DNA of 64,000 bases, from assembly GCA_963739035.1 (NCBI GenBank), contig CAVTYZ010000022.1, forward strand, positions 57,334 to 121,333, read 5' to 3'. Under the pieces are notes generated by a model. The model did no database searches and was not told the origin of the DNA. It worked only from the letters and a program-made list of their open reading frames with translations. The position numbers were made by a program, and so were the translations under genes. This DNA comes from an uncultured Acidobacteriota bacterium (GTDB lineage: Bacteria > Acidobacteriota > Vicinamibacteria > Vicinamibacterales > SCN-69-37). Shown here piece by piece: positions 12,239-23,297 of the stretch; positions within the stretch are counted from its first letter, which is position 1; the number at the start of each line of letters is the position of its first letter.

Positions 12239-13195
12239 CTACGCCCGCTTCCGCCGGGCTTCGACAGAACGGGCCCCCTGCGGGTTCGGCACGGCCGACT
12301 TCCTGCTCATCAGAATGGCGATGGCGGAGGCGATGAAGATCGTGGAATACGTGCCGGTCACGATGCCAACGAGCATCGTGAAGGCAAAACCGTGAAGGAC
12401 CTCACCGCCAAAGAGAAAGAGCGACACGACGGCGAGGAAGGTCGTGCCGGCGGTGATGATGGTCCGGCTGAGCGTCTGGTTCACGGCCTGATTGACGATT
12501 GAGTCGAGCGGCTCGCGACGGAGGATCCGCTGGTTCTCTCTCACGCGATCGAAGACCACGATGGTGTCGTTCACCGAGTAGCCGGCGATCGTGAGGATCG
12601 CGGCCACGACGTTGAGCGTGAGGTCGTAGCCAAACCAGGTCAGAAACGCGAGCGTCACGAGAATGTCGTGGAACGTCGCCACGACGGCGCCCACCGCAAA
12701 ACCGAAGCGGAATCGCACCGCGATGTAGACGAGGATGCCGCCAATGGCCGTGAGCGTGGCCCAGATGCCCTTCTGCTGCAGATCGCGCCCGATCGTTGCG
12801 CCGACGAGCTCGCGGTTGATGACGCTGAACTGACCGACGTTCGCCGCCCGGAGCGCCTGTTCGACCCGTTCCGATACGGCCGAGAGTGAGTTGGCCTGGT
12901 CGGCGCCCGGCTCGAGGGGCAACCGGATGAGGGTGGCGTTGTTCGTGGCTGGTCCGAATCGCTGCACGGCGGCCTCGGAGGACATCGCCCCGAGGGCATC
13001 GCGCACGCGATCCTCGCCGGTGGGCTGGGTGAACTGCACCACGATGACGGTGCCGCCGGAGAAGTCCACGCCGAGCGGCAGGCCGCCGCGCGCCACGACG
13101 GTCAGGATCCCGGCGGAGATCACGATCACAGACAGCGCGATCGCGTGCCAGCGCCACTTCAGAAAATTGAAATTGGGATTGGAGAGGAACCGCAT
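12239..13195 (-). CDS. secF: Protein translocase subunit SecF
   Basis: LGVDFSGGT, GYSVNDTIVVFDRVREN, QTLSRTIIT. Confidence 0.97.
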   Translation of the reverse strand: MRFLSNPNFNFLKWRWHAIALSVIVISAGILTVVARGGLPLGVDFSGGTVIVVQFTQPTGEDRVRDALGAMSSEAAVQRFGPATNNATLIRLPLEPGADQANSLSAVSERVEQALRAANVGQFSVINRELVGATIGRDLQQKGIWATLTAIGGILVYIAVRFRFGFAVGAVVATFHDILVTLAFLTWFGYDLTLNVVAAILTIAGYSVNDTIVVFDRVRENQRILRREPLDSIVNQAVNQTLSRTIITAGTTFLAVVSLFLFGGEVLHGFAFTMLVGIVTGTYSTIFIASAIAILMSRKSAVPNPQGARSVEARRKRA

Positions 13196-13211
13196 GGCGC
13201 GAAACTCCCGG

Positions 13212-14766
13212 CTAGATGCTCAACTGGGTTGCGCCAGCGGGCCGCCTCGAGAGAACGAACTCGAAGACTGTGCGCGAGACAAAGACGGCCGTGAACACGT
13301 TGGCGATCAAGCCAAAGAAGAGGGTGGTCGCAAAACCGCGAATCGGTCCGGTTCCGAACTGGAACAGGAACGCCGCCGCGATGAGCGAGGCGACGTGAGT
13401 GTCGATGATGGTGATGAGGACGCGGTCGAAGCCCGCGGCGATCGCCTGGCGCGCGCCCTTCTTCAGCGCGAGCTCCTCGCGGATACGCTCGAAGATCAGG
13501 ACGTTCGAGTCCACGCCCATGCCGATCGTCAGGATGAAGCCCGCGATGCCCGGCAGCGTCATGGCCGCGCCCAGGTAGGCCATGAAGCCGAGCAGGATCG
13601 TCATGTTCAGCACGATCGACACGAATGCGTTGATCCCCGCCAGCCTGTAGTAGGTCAGCATGAACACGGTGACGAGCACGAGGCCCCCAATCGAGGCCGT
13701 CACGCCGGCGCGGATCGAGTCGGCGCCGAGCGACGGACCGACTTCACGCTGCTCGAGATAGGTGAGCGAGGCCGGCAGCGCGCCAGAACGCAGCACGAGC
13801 GCGAGGTCATTGGCTTCCTGCGGGGTGAAGGTGCCGGTGATCCGGCCCTCGCGTTCGATGGGTCCGTCGATGCGCGGCGCGGACATCACCTGGTTGTCGA
13901 GCACGATCGCCAGGAACCGGCCGATGTTGTCCGTCGTCGCGCGGCTGAACTTCACCGCGCCCTCGCTGTTCAGCGAGAAACTGACGGCCGGTGTGTTGAA
14001 CTCGTCGAGCGTCGGACGCGCATTGCGAAGGTCGCGGCCCGTCACCGCCGGCACCTTTCGAATCAGGTAGTACGCCGAGCCCATCCCGGGCGCGGCACCG
14101 CCGACGATCTCGAGGTCGGGCGGCACCTGGCCGTTGAATCCCTGGAGCAACGTCGCCTGCTCGGCCGCGGGGCCCGCCTCGACGAGCGCCAACTTGAGCA
14201 CGGCCGTCTGGCCGATGATGTTCTTGGCGCGGTTGATATCGGACAGCCCGGGAAGCTGGACGAGGATCTGGTTGTCCGTGTGAACCGTACGGAGCGACGG
14301 TGGGCTCGGAAACGCCAAGCTCGTTGATCCGGCGCTCAATCGTCTGGATCGACTGCGTCACGGCCTCGGTGCGTCGCTGCACGGCGATGTTCGGCCGCAT
14401 GCGGAACGTATGCGTTCCGCCGCCGCTCGCTTCACGCGTGAACGCCAGTGTGGTCTGCTGGTCGGCAAGCGCCCGGAACTGCTGATCCATTCCGGCCGGC
14501 ACACCCTCCGCCACGAACGTGTCGAGCGCGGTGACGCGCGTCGTGGCCGGAATATTCGCTTCCTTTGCCGCCACCCGCAGCTGCTCCGACGTCGTCTCCG
14601 TCTCGAGCCGGACGGCATCGTCGGTCTTCACTTCGAGCACGAAGTGGGCGCCGCCCTTGAGGTCGAGACCCAGCGCAACCTTCTGGCTGGGCGGAGTGAA
14701 GGACCAGATCGACAGCCCGGTCACGGCGGCTATCACGATGAGCTTCCAGCGAAGGTTCTTCTGCAT
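13212..14766 (-). CDS. secD: Protein translocase subunit SecD (frameshift near 14285)
   Basis: LGLDLKGG, RRINELGVSEP, VGPSLG, TLPGIAGFILTIGMGVDSNVLIFERIREE. Confidence 0.96.
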
Positions 14767-14768
14767 AG

Positions 14769-15119
14769 TTAGAGCCCGCCCCTGTCCGGCGGGACCACCG
14801 GGTCCTGGCCCTGATACCCACCGATCGAGGCACGCGCCACGTCAATCCGCACTTTGTCGGCGATCTGCAGCTGCACGGAGGCCGGCTCGAGCTTGGTGAC
14901 CAAGCCGTAGATGCCACTTGTCGTGATGACGCGGTCGCCGACCTTCAGGGCGGTCTGAAACTCCTGGATCTTCTTCTGGCGGCGGCGCATGGGCAGCAGC
15001 ACCAACACATAGAAGATCCCGATCATGAGCACGATCGGAATGAACGACACCAGCATGTTTTGGGGCTGTTGCCCGGCAGGCTGCATGGCGAACACGATTG
15101 GAGCGAAGGCGTCTGTCAT
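14769..15119 (-). CDS. yajC: Preprotein translocase subunit YajC
   Basis: IFYVLVLLPMRRRQKK...LKVGDRVITTSGIYG; lies between tgt and secD. Confidence 0.95.
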   Translation of the reverse strand: MTDAFAPIVFAMQPAGQQPQNMLVSFIPIVLMIGIFYVLVLLPMRRRQKKIQEFQTALKVGDRVITTSGIYGLVTKLEPASVQLQIADKVRIDVARASIGGYQGQDPVVPPDRGGL

Positions 15120-16282
15120 CTACTGCGATCGTCGGCGGGAATAGGTCTCGAGGAATGCCGTTCTGAACGAGTCGAAGTTTCCGAACTCAATAGCCTTCCT
15201 AATCGCTCGCATGGTGTCAAGGTAAAAGTGCAGATTATGCAAGGTGTTGAGGGCAGCGCCGCTCATCTCGCCGGTCATGAAAAGGTGACGCAGATAGGCG
15301 CGTGAATGATGCCGGCACGTCGGACACGTGCATCCCGGATCGGGCGGCCGCGGGTCCTCGGCGTACCGGGCGTTCTTGATCGAGATCGGACCCTCCCGGG
15401 TGAGGAGTTGACCGTTCCGCGCGTTGCGGGTCGGGAGCACGCAGTCGAACATGTCGATCCCGCGGGCCACGCTCTCAATGAGGTCGTTGGGCGTCCCGGT
15501 GCCCATCAGATATCTGGGAGCCGACTCGGGCAGGGCGCAAGCCGTGTGCGCGACGACGTCGTACATCGTGGCTGTCGGCTCGCCGACCGAAAGTCCGCCG
15601 ATGGCATAGCCCTCGAAGCCGATCGCGACGGTGCCTGCCGACGCTGCGGTCCCGCAAGTCCGAGGAACGTTCCGCCCTGAACGATGCCGAACTGGGCCTG
15701 CCCTGGTGTGGACACGGCAATGCCGGCAGTCGCGGCCGTTCCGAGCGCCTCGAATCGCGCTCGCCCGCGGCGAGCCCATCGGAGCGTACGCTCCATCGCC
15801 GCCTCGACGTCGGCCTGCGGAATCGGCCAACTCGGGCATTCGTCCAGGATCATCGCCACGTCGGATCCGAGGCGCGACTGAATGTCCACGGCGGCTTCAG
15901 GTGACAGCGAAAGTGGTTGTCCGTCGAGATGCGACTGAAAGACGACAGCGTCCTCGGTCACGCGCCGACGCGCGGCGAGCGAGAAGACCTGATATCCGCC
16001 GGAGTCGGTGAGAATCGGTCGCGACCAGCCCGCGAAGGCGTGAAGCCCGCCCAGCCGGGCGATGCGATCGTCGCCGGGACGCACGTGCAGGTGGTACGTG
16101 TTCGCCAGCAGGATGTCCGCGCCAAGATCGCACAAGGCCTCGATCGTGATGGCCTTGACGGCACCGCGCGTGCCGACCGGCATGAAGGCCGGAGTCTCGA
16201 CGACGCCGTGTGGCAGATGCAGGCGACCCCGACGCGCGCGTCCGTCACGGGAAAGAATTTCGAACCCGAAGCGGGCGCTCAC
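15120..16282 (-). CDS. tgt: tRNA-guanine transglycosylase (frameshift near 15650)
   Basis: TPAFMPVGT, LANTYHL, TDSGGYQVFSL, FGIVQGG, RYLMGTG, DMFDCVLPTRNARNG, CTCPTC. Confidence 0.96.
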
Positions 16283-16353
16283 GGCGCTTAGCCTATAATG
16301 ACTGCCCTCGCGCCGGCTTCGAGCCGCCGCGTTCCTTTTCTTCTTCGACACAC

Positions 16354-17516
16354 GTGAAGCGACTTCGTGTTGGCGTCTTGTACGGCGGCCGCTCGGGCGA
16401 GCACGAGGTGTCGCTCGCGTCGGCGGCGTCGGTGTTCGCGCACATCGATCGGCAGCGCTATGAGCCCGTCGCGATCCGCATCGAGAAGGACGGCCGCTGG
16501 GTGCTCGCCGATCGCCCACCGTCCGCCTCTTCGGCCGCCGAAGTGATCGAGCAGATGCGCAGCGACGTGTCGCGCCTGCGCACCGGTCGCACGGTGTTCC
16601 TTCCGCCGTATCCGGGTGACGACACGCTCGTGCTGGTCGATCGTCGCGGCACCGGAGGCGCGGAAGCGGCCGCGACACTGACCGGACTCGGACTCGACGT
16701 CATCTTTCCGGTGCTGCACGGTCCGTTTGGCGAGGACGGCACGGTTCAGGGCCTGCTGGAACTGGCCGGCGTGGCCTACGTCGGCTGCGGCGTGCTGGCC
16801 TCCGCCGTCGGGATGGACAAGGCCGTCATGAAGGTGCTGTTTCGGGCCCACGGGTTGCGGGTTCCGGACTGGGTCGTGGTCCGGCAGCCGCGAGTGGACC
16901 GCCGATCGCGCCCGGGTCGATCGGCGCGGATTCACGACGCGCCTCGCCTTTCCGCTGTTCGTCAAACCCGCCAACCTGGGATCGAGCGTCGGCATCTCCA
17001 AGGTGCACGACCCGTCGGCCCTGGCGGGCGCGCTCAACTACGGCGCTGGACTACGACCGGAAGGCGGTCGTCGAGTGCGCCGTTCCGGATGCGCGCGAGA
17101 TCGAGTGCGCGATCCTCGGCAACGACACGCCCGAGGCGTCGGTGCCGGGCGAGATCGTGTCGTCGCGCGAGTTCTACGACTACGAGGCGAAGTATCTCGA
17201 CGGTGCGTCGCGCCTGATCATTCCGGCGCCGCTCGAACCGGACATCGACAGCCGAAGTGCGGCGGCAAGCGATCCAGGCGTTTCGTGCGATCGAAGGCGC
17301 GGGGCTCGCGCGCGTGGATTTTCTGCTGAGTCGATCGACCGGCGAGCTCTTCGCCAACGAGATCAACACGCTGCCAGGGTTCACGACGATCAGCATGTAC
17401 TCGAAGTTGTGGGCCGCGTCGAAGCGTCGACCTCGCCACGCTCGTGGACCGACTGATCTCGCTCGCCCTCGATCGTCACGCCGAGAAGCAGACATCTCCG
17501 CGTGAGCGCGTTCTGA
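16354..17516 (+). CDS. ddl: D-alanine--D-alanine ligase (several frameshifts)
   Basis: [66 protein letters not shown] across frames. Confidence 0.93.
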
Positions 17517-17599
17517 GCCCCGCACGCGCGCCGGCGCGTTCCGACCGCGTCCCGACGATCGACGCGCGTGATGTTTTGACAACACGCGCGAGTTTGTGC

Positions 17600-17627
17600 T
17601 TGACACTGTTTCGAACTCGTCCATAAT
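17600..17627 (+). promoter_or_regulatory. sigma70 promoter
   Basis: TTGACA (17600-17605), N16, CATAAT (17622-17627) in an intergenic region. Confidence 0.7.
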
Positions 17628-17633
17628 CTACAT

Positions 17634-17832
17634 CTTGCGTGAGAGCGAATCACTCAGCCCACCTGTTGGGTACGCCAGCGATGGTGGAGTGGAGTGACGC
17701 GGCGCAAACAGTCCGAATGGACAGCGACGACAGTCGACGCCAACGAAACGCGTCGATCAATTTACGCGCGACACGCCGGTCGGCACTCGACTCGGCGGCA
17801 GGGTGCAGCACTTCTGCTGGCACCCTTTTTTT
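17634..17832 (+). ncRNA. Candidate ~200-nt structured sRNA or attenuating leader
   Basis: Starts right after the promoter; nested stems ttgcgt/gcgcaa, tcactc/gagtga, ccacc/ggtgg; hairpins gtcc/ggac, tcgacgc/gcgtcga, cgccg/cggcg; ends at a terminator. No credible ORF. Confidence 0.5.
17801..17832 (+). terminator. Intrinsic terminator inside the leader
   Basis: gggtgcagca-cttc-tgctggcaccc followed by T7. Confidence 0.8.
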
Positions 17833-17976
17833 GTGCCTTGTCGGAGATCAGGCATCTCCGTCCGCAACGAAGCCAGGGCGCTCTGCGTGTGACTCGGGCA
17901 GGCCGGGAGGCCGCGGGGTCGCAGCAGAGTTGAGCGCCTGCGCATGACACCAAGCCGAAAGGGGGGACTCCAAGCA

Positions 17977-18030
17977 ATGGCAAAGAAAGCAGCTAAAGGC
18001 GGCAAGAAGAAGGGCGGCAAGAAGCGGTAA
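17977..18030 (+). CDS. 17-aa Lys-rich micro-protein MAKKAAKGGKKKGGKKR
   Basis: ATG..TAA preceded by an AAGGGGGG SD-like sequence and followed by a terminator; below the ORF-track size cut-off. Confidence 0.7.
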   Translation: MAKKAAKGGKKKGGKKR

Positions 18031-18048
18031 GAGTCGCTCCGCCAAGAG

Positions 18049-18076
18049 AAAGGGGGCGAACGCGCCCCCTTTTTTT
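18049..18076. terminator. Intrinsic terminator, probably bidirectional
   Basis: aaagggggcg-aacg-cgccccc followed by a T run, between convergent genes. Confidence 0.85.
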
Positions 18077-18133
18077 CTATGCGACGACCGGGAACGGGAC
18101 GTGTTCGTTCGTCCCGTTCCCGTCAATCTCCGG

Positions 18134-20284
18134 TCAGTTGAACGTCACGCCGTCCCAGATCCGCACGCGATCAATCACGTCCCACTGCGACAGCCGATCG
18201 AGCACATCCCAGCCGTTGACCACGCGCGCGAACACCGTGTATCTCGCGTCCAGGTGCGGTTGCGGCGAGAGCGTAATGAACCATTGGCTGCCCGCCGTGT
18301 CGCGCCAATCGAGAGCCATGCCGACCGTGCCCCGCACGTAGGGCTGCCAGGTGAGCTCGTCGGGAATGGCGTAGCCCGGACCACCCTCGCCGTCGCCTCG
18401 CTGGTCACCCGCCTGCACGACGAACGTCGGCACGACGCGATGGATCTTCATGCCCGTGAAGAACCCGGCGCGCGCAAGCTCGACGAAGTTCTTCGCCGTG
18501 ATGGGCGTGTCAACCACGTTGAGCTCGAGCTCGATGACGCCGCGGCCGGTCTCGATGAACGCATGCGGCGAGAACTGAGGATGCAGCACGTCCGGGGCTT
18601 CGAACGACTCGACCGGGACGCGAAGCGGCGCGGGACGCGTTGGCGCGGCCGCACGATCGCCGAGACCGTGGAGGAGTGAGGCCGCCCGCCACCGAACCGG
18701 CCAGTCGCGATCCGAGAGGCCCTCGCGGAGTGCCGCCATCGCCGCGTCGCCGCCGTATTTGGACAAGGCTTCGAGCGCAGCCGTGCGCGCCGCATACGCC
18801 GCGTCGCTCTGCCCTCGCGTATACGCCGCGATGAGCCGTGGGATCCCACCATCGGGGCGCGAGTCGCCAATCAATCTGGCGGCCGCGGCGCGCTCCATGA
18901 AGTCAGCCGCCTCGAGCGACTTGAACAGGAGGTCGGCGACGTTCTGGGCCTTGACGGACGCGAGCGCGTCAAGAGCCGACCCGTGCACGCGCGCGTCTTC
19001 GTCAGCCAGCAACTCTTCGAGCGCCGGCGTCACGCGTTCCGAGGCAAAGGTACCGAGCACGTTGGCCAGCGTCGGCCCGAACTGACCACTCGGGATCGCG
19101 ATTGAGGCCGGACAGCACCAGGAGAAACGCGTCGGGCGAGAGCTTGGCCGCGGCGGTCAGTGCGGCCGCGCGCATCGCGGGCGATGGATCGTTGAGCCGC
19201 TCGACCACCACCTCGAATGCCCGCGCGTGACCTGAGGCCCCGACCGCCGTCACGATCTCCAGCGCGATCGAGCTGTCGATTGGCTGCCCCAGCAACTCGA
19301 GCAGCGGCTCGATCGCCGCAGGACCGCCGATCTGCCCCAGCGCGCGCACGGCCGCGATGCGGACCTTGACGTCGGCCTCGGCGTTGAACGCCGCCGACTT
19401 CGCGAGGGGCACGGCGGCCCGGTCTTTGAGCGTGCCGAGGCCACGAAGGGCAAATCCCGCGGTGTCGATGCCTGGCGTGGTCGCCAGCACCAGGAGCGCC
19501 GGAGTCGGCTCGCGGATCACCAATCCGCTGAAGCGCATACGCGACGGGCCACCAGCGGGAAACCGGCTGGCCCTCTGGTGTCAACGCCACCTGGGCGAGC
19601 CGCTCGTAGTCGCGCAGCCGCGCGAGCGCAAACAGCGCAAGCCGGCAAATCTCGATTTCCGGTGCCTTGGCCGGCTCCTCGTCGTCTGGCGCGATCGATG
19701 CGATGCGCGCGTCGCATCCGGCCGCCGCCGTGACGATGGCTGGCGCCGAGGCTGCGTCGCCAACGAGCCCAAGACCTTCGACCGCGCGGGCACGGACGAC
19801 GGGCGAGGGATCCTCCAGGGCGGCACGGAGCGGGCGGGCCCCCTCGCGCGCATCCGATCCAATCAGTCCAATGCCGAACGCCGCCACTGCGCGTACCTCG
19901 GCGTCGGAATCCTGGAGCGCGGACACGAGATAGGGCAGACCCTCCAGCATGCCGATGCGGCCGATGCGCCAGGACGGCACGCCGCCGCACCGCCGGGTCG
20001 AGATCGAGCGCCAGTTGATCCAGCCCCGCGGCCGCGGCGGGGGCGAGCGTGCGTGGCGGAAGGACGTCGGCAACCGGCGCCGCGATCGCAGCGGCGTCAG
20101 CATCGCGAAGCGTGCGCTGCTGTTCCAACCGCAGGATCCAGGCCATCTTGCGGTCCAAGGGAATCACGGGCGGCGGAGCCACAACCGGGGCTGGCGTGAT
20201 GGTGGACTTGCACCCCCACGCGGCCACGCTCGCCATTCCGAGAAACAGGAGCGCGAGGGCGCGAACACGTCGTTGGCGCGGCAT
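18134..20284 (-). CDS. HEAT-repeat protein with C-terminal cyclophilin-type peptidyl-prolyl isomerase, probable lipoprotein (frameshifts)
   Basis: Signal ending AWGC, many HEAT/PBS repeats, C-terminal IHRVVPTFVVQAGD..GDGEGGPGY, GTVGMA, GSQWFIT..PQPHLDARYTVF. Confidence 0.87.
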
Positions 20285-20326
20285 CGTCGTATGGTAGCGC
20301 AGCGGGTTTGGCTATACTCGGCGCGA

Positions 20327-20967
20327 GTGGACTTCCGCTACCTCGCCATCGAAGGCCCGGTGGGCGTTGGTAAGACCACATTGGCCGAGCGCCTCGCCGC
20401 GCGGCTCGATGCGCGCGGCGTCTTCGACGATCGCGAGAATCCCTTCCTCGTCGACTTCTATTCCGGACGCAACGGCGCGGCGTTTCAGACGCAGCTCTTC
20501 TTCACGCTCGCACGGCATCGCCAGCTCACGGGCCTGCGCCAGCGGGAACTGTTCAACCAGACGACGGTCTGCGATTACATCTTCGAACGCGATCGGATCT
20601 ACGCGTTCGTGAATCTCGACGACAACGAGCTGTTCATCTACCAGCGCTTGTTCGAGCTCCTACGGGGGACGTGCCGGCGCCTGACGTCGTGATCTACCTG
20701 CAGACGCCGACCGAGGCTCTCCGCCGCCGACTGCGGGACCGCGAACGGCGCGCGTCCGAACAGCTGCTCGTGCCCGACGACGATTACATTGCCGAATTGA
20801 ACGAGGCCTATAACCACTTCTTCTTCCACTACACCGCCACTCCCCTGCTCGTGGTGGAGACCTCGCAGGTGGACCTGACGTGGGGCGACGATGCGGTCGA
20901 GGATTTGCTGCGTCAGCTGCGGACGATGACTCGTGGGACCAGGTACTACGTGCCGAGAACGCTGTAG
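20327..20967 (+). CDS. Deoxynucleoside kinase (frameshift near 20665)
   Basis: YLAIEGPVGVGKTTLA, ENPFLVDFY, AFQTQLFF, PDVVIYLQ. Confidence 0.9.
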
Positions 20968-21110
20968 CTATTGCTTATTGGTTATTGGCTATTTGCTATT
21001 GCATTGGTGATTGGTCATTGGTGATTGGGCGCTCGGGCCACCCAAGGACCCAATAACCAATAGCAAATGACTCAATGCAATAACCAATAGCCAATAGCCA
21101 ATAACAAATG
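20968..21110. repeat. AT-rich heptamer-periodic inverted repeat
   Basis: Left units ttattgg/ctatttg/tgattgg/tcattgg, GC-rich spacer, right units ccaataa/ccaatag/caaatga. Confidence 0.9.
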
Positions 21111-21132
21111 GTTTCCGGTACAGTGACGACCA

Positions 21133-21987
21133 ATGGCGTGGTTCAAGAAGACCCGCAAGCCAATCGAAACACCCGAAACCGCGAGTCGGGTGCCCGAGGG
21201 TCTCTGGGTCAAGTGCCCCTCCTGCAGCCGTGTCATCTACAACAAGGAACTGGTGGCCGCGCTGCAGGTCTGCCCGCACTGCGCCCACCACTTCCGGATG
21301 TCGGCCAGCGACCGTTTGAAGGCGCTCTTCGACGGGGCGCGCTGGACCGAACACGATCCGGGCCTGCGTTCGCTCGATCCACTGCGGTTCACGGACACGA
21401 AGAGCTACCGGCAGCGCCTGACGACGACGTCCAAGGCCACGGGTCTGCTCGACGCGGTGATCGTCGGCAGCGGCCACATCGAAGGCCTCCCGATCGTCGT
21501 CGCGGCGATGGAATACGCGTTCATCGGCGGCAGCATGGGGGTCGTCGTTGGAGAAAAGATCACGCGTGCGGCGGAACGCGCGCTCGAGGCGCGGTCCGGG
21601 CTGATCGTGGTCAGTTGCTCGGGCGGGGCCCGAATGATGGAGGGCGCGCTCTCGCTCATGCAGATGGCGAAGATCAGTGCCGCCCTTGGCCGTCTCGACC
21701 GCGCCCGACTTCCCTACCTCTCGGTGCTCACGGACCCGACGACGGGCGGCGTGACCGCGAGTTTCGCGATGCTCGGCGACTTCAACATCGCCGAACCCCG
21801 CGCGCTCATCGGGTTCGCCGGACCTCGCGTCATCGAGCAGACAATCCGGCAGAAGCTGCCCGAGGGATTCCAGCGCAGCGAGTTCCTGCTGGAGAAAGGC
21901 TTCATCGACATGATCGTGGACCGGCGTGAGATGAAGGCAACCCTCGGCCGTTCGCTGCGGCTGCTGGGCATGCGTGCCACCGCGTAG
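21133..21987 (+). CDS. accD: Acetyl-CoA carboxylase carboxyltransferase beta subunit
   Basis: GLWVKCPSC..VCPHC, FIGGSMG, SGGARMMEG, DPTTGGVTASFAMLGD, GFAGPRVIEQT. Confidence 0.97.
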   Translation: MAWFKKTRKPIETPETASRVPEGLWVKCPSCSRVIYNKELVAALQVCPHCAHHFRMSASDRLKALFDGARWTEHDPGLRSLDPLRFTDTKSYRQRLTTTSKATGLLDAVIVGSGHIEGLPIVVAAMEYAFIGGSMGVVVGEKITRAAERALEARSGLIVVSCSGGARMMEGALSLMQMAKISAALGRLDRARLPYLSVLTDPTTGGVTASFAMLGDFNIAEPRALIGFAGPRVIEQTIRQKLPEGFQRSEFLLEKGFIDMIVDRREMKATLGRSLRLLGMRATA

Positions 21988-23245
21988 CGCCCGCGCGTCA
22001 CTGCTCGCCCTCGAGCAGATTGGCATCAAGCTCGGCCTGGATCAGATTCGGGATTTGGTCGAGCACCTTGGGCGGCCGGATCGCGCCTTCCCATCCGTGA
22101 TTGTCGCGGGCACGAACGGCAAGGGTTCCGTCACCGCGATGATCGAACGCGGTCTTCGCGCGGCGGGCTACCGGACAGGGCGTTTTACCTCACCGCATCT
22201 CGTCGACCTCGAAGAGCGGTTCGCCGTGAATGGCGAGCCCATCTCGGCGGAGGCTCTGGATACATCGGCCGCACGCGTTCTCGACGCCGCGAGTCACTTG
22301 CCCGCTCCCCCGAGTTTCTTCGAAGCCACGACCGCGATCGCGCTGGAGGTGTTCCGCGACATGGAGGTCGACGTGGCTGTCCTGGAAGTGGGTCTCGGCG
22401 GCCGCCTGGACGCGACGAATGTGGTCGATGCGATGGCCGCCGTCATCACGTCGGTGGATTTCGACCACGAGCAGTACCTCGGACACACGCTCGAGGCCAT
22501 CGCGCGCGAGAAGGCTGGCGTGATCAAGCCTGGCGCAATGGTGGTGCTCGCGGTGAACCCGCCCGAGGTGGACGCGGTCGTCGCGGCGGCGTGTGACGTG
22601 GCGCGCGCGTCGCTCGTGCGGGTTCGAGACGCCGTCTCGGCCGACGTTCGCATGGTGAAAGGACGGGCGGATCTGACACTGACCACACCGGTGCGTTCGT
22701 ACGGCACCCTCCGCGTATCACTTCCCGGACGGCACCAGGCCGACAACGCGATGACGGCCATTCGACTCCTCGAGGCGCTGGTCTCGGCGCGGGGCTTCGC
22801 GATTACACCGGAAGCGATCGCGAAGTCCGTCGAGGACGTCGTGTGGCCAGCGCGCCTCGAAACCATCACGATGTCGTCGGTCGAAGTGCTCCTGGACGGC
22901 GCGCACAACCCGGCCGGCGCGCGAACCCTCGCCGACCATGTGCTCGACACACACCATCGCCGCGTGCCCATGGTGGTCGGCGCGATGCGGGACAAAGCGC
23001 TGGACGCCCTGCTGTCGGCCTTCGCCCCGGCAGCGTCTCACTTCATCTTCACGGCGGCCTCGACGTCCCGGGCCGCGACGCCGGTCGACCTTCTGGAAGC
23101 CGCCGCACGTATCGCACCGGGTATCCCGGTGTTGATCGAGGCGCAGCCGACGCGCGCGGTGATGTTGGCGGCCGCGCTCGGATCGCCGGTCGTCGTTGCG
23201 GGCTCGCTGTATCTCGCAGGCGAAATTCGCGCTGCACGGTCGTGA
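21974..23245 (+). CDS. folC: Folylpolyglutamate synthase/dihydrofolate synthase
   Basis: VAGTNGKGS, FTSPHL, LEVGLGGRLDATN, LLDGAHNP, GSLYLAG. Confidence 0.96.
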   Translation: MPPRSARASLLALEQIGIKLGLDQIRDLVEHLGRPDRAFPSVIVAGTNGKGSVTAMIERGLRAAGYRTGRFTSPHLVDLEERFAVNGEPISAEALDTSAARVLDAASHLPAPPSFFEATTAIALEVFRDMEVDVAVLEVGLGGRLDATNVVDAMAAVITSVDFDHEQYLGHTLEAIAREKAGVIKPGAMVVLAVNPPEVDAVVAAACDVARASLVRVRDAVSADVRMVKGRADLTLTTPVRSYGTLRVSLPGRHQADNAMTAIRLLEALVSARGFAITPEAIAKSVEDVVWPARLETITMSSVEVLLDGAHNPAGARTLADHVLDTHHRRVPMVVGAMRDKALDALLSAFAPAASHFIFTAASTSRAATPVDLLEAAARIAPGIPVLIEAQPTRAVMLAAALGSPVVVAGSLYLAGEIRAARS

Positions 23246-23297
23246 TACCCTGCGAAAGTTCACGCCATGTGCGCCTGCAGATGAACGTGGCGGTGTG

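Noticed and set aside
16354-17516. Programmed frameshifting or pseudogenisation of ddl, yaeQ, ggt and others
   Set aside because: No consistent slippery motif, and the breaks hit many unrelated essential genes; sequencing error is simpler.
17634-17832. 6S RNA assignment based on length
   Set aside because: Pairing seen by eye is several local hairpins, not one long 5'-3' rod with a central bubble; needs cmscan to exclude formally.
17890-17930. SRP RNA-like segment CAGGCCGGGAGG
   Set aside because: It lacks the conserved AGCAG directly after the tetraloop stem; resemblance only partial.
20968-21110. CRISPR array interpretation of the intergenic repeats
   Set aside because: Units are 7-bp degenerate tandem repeats with no 23-47-bp repeats, no unique spacers and no cas genes.
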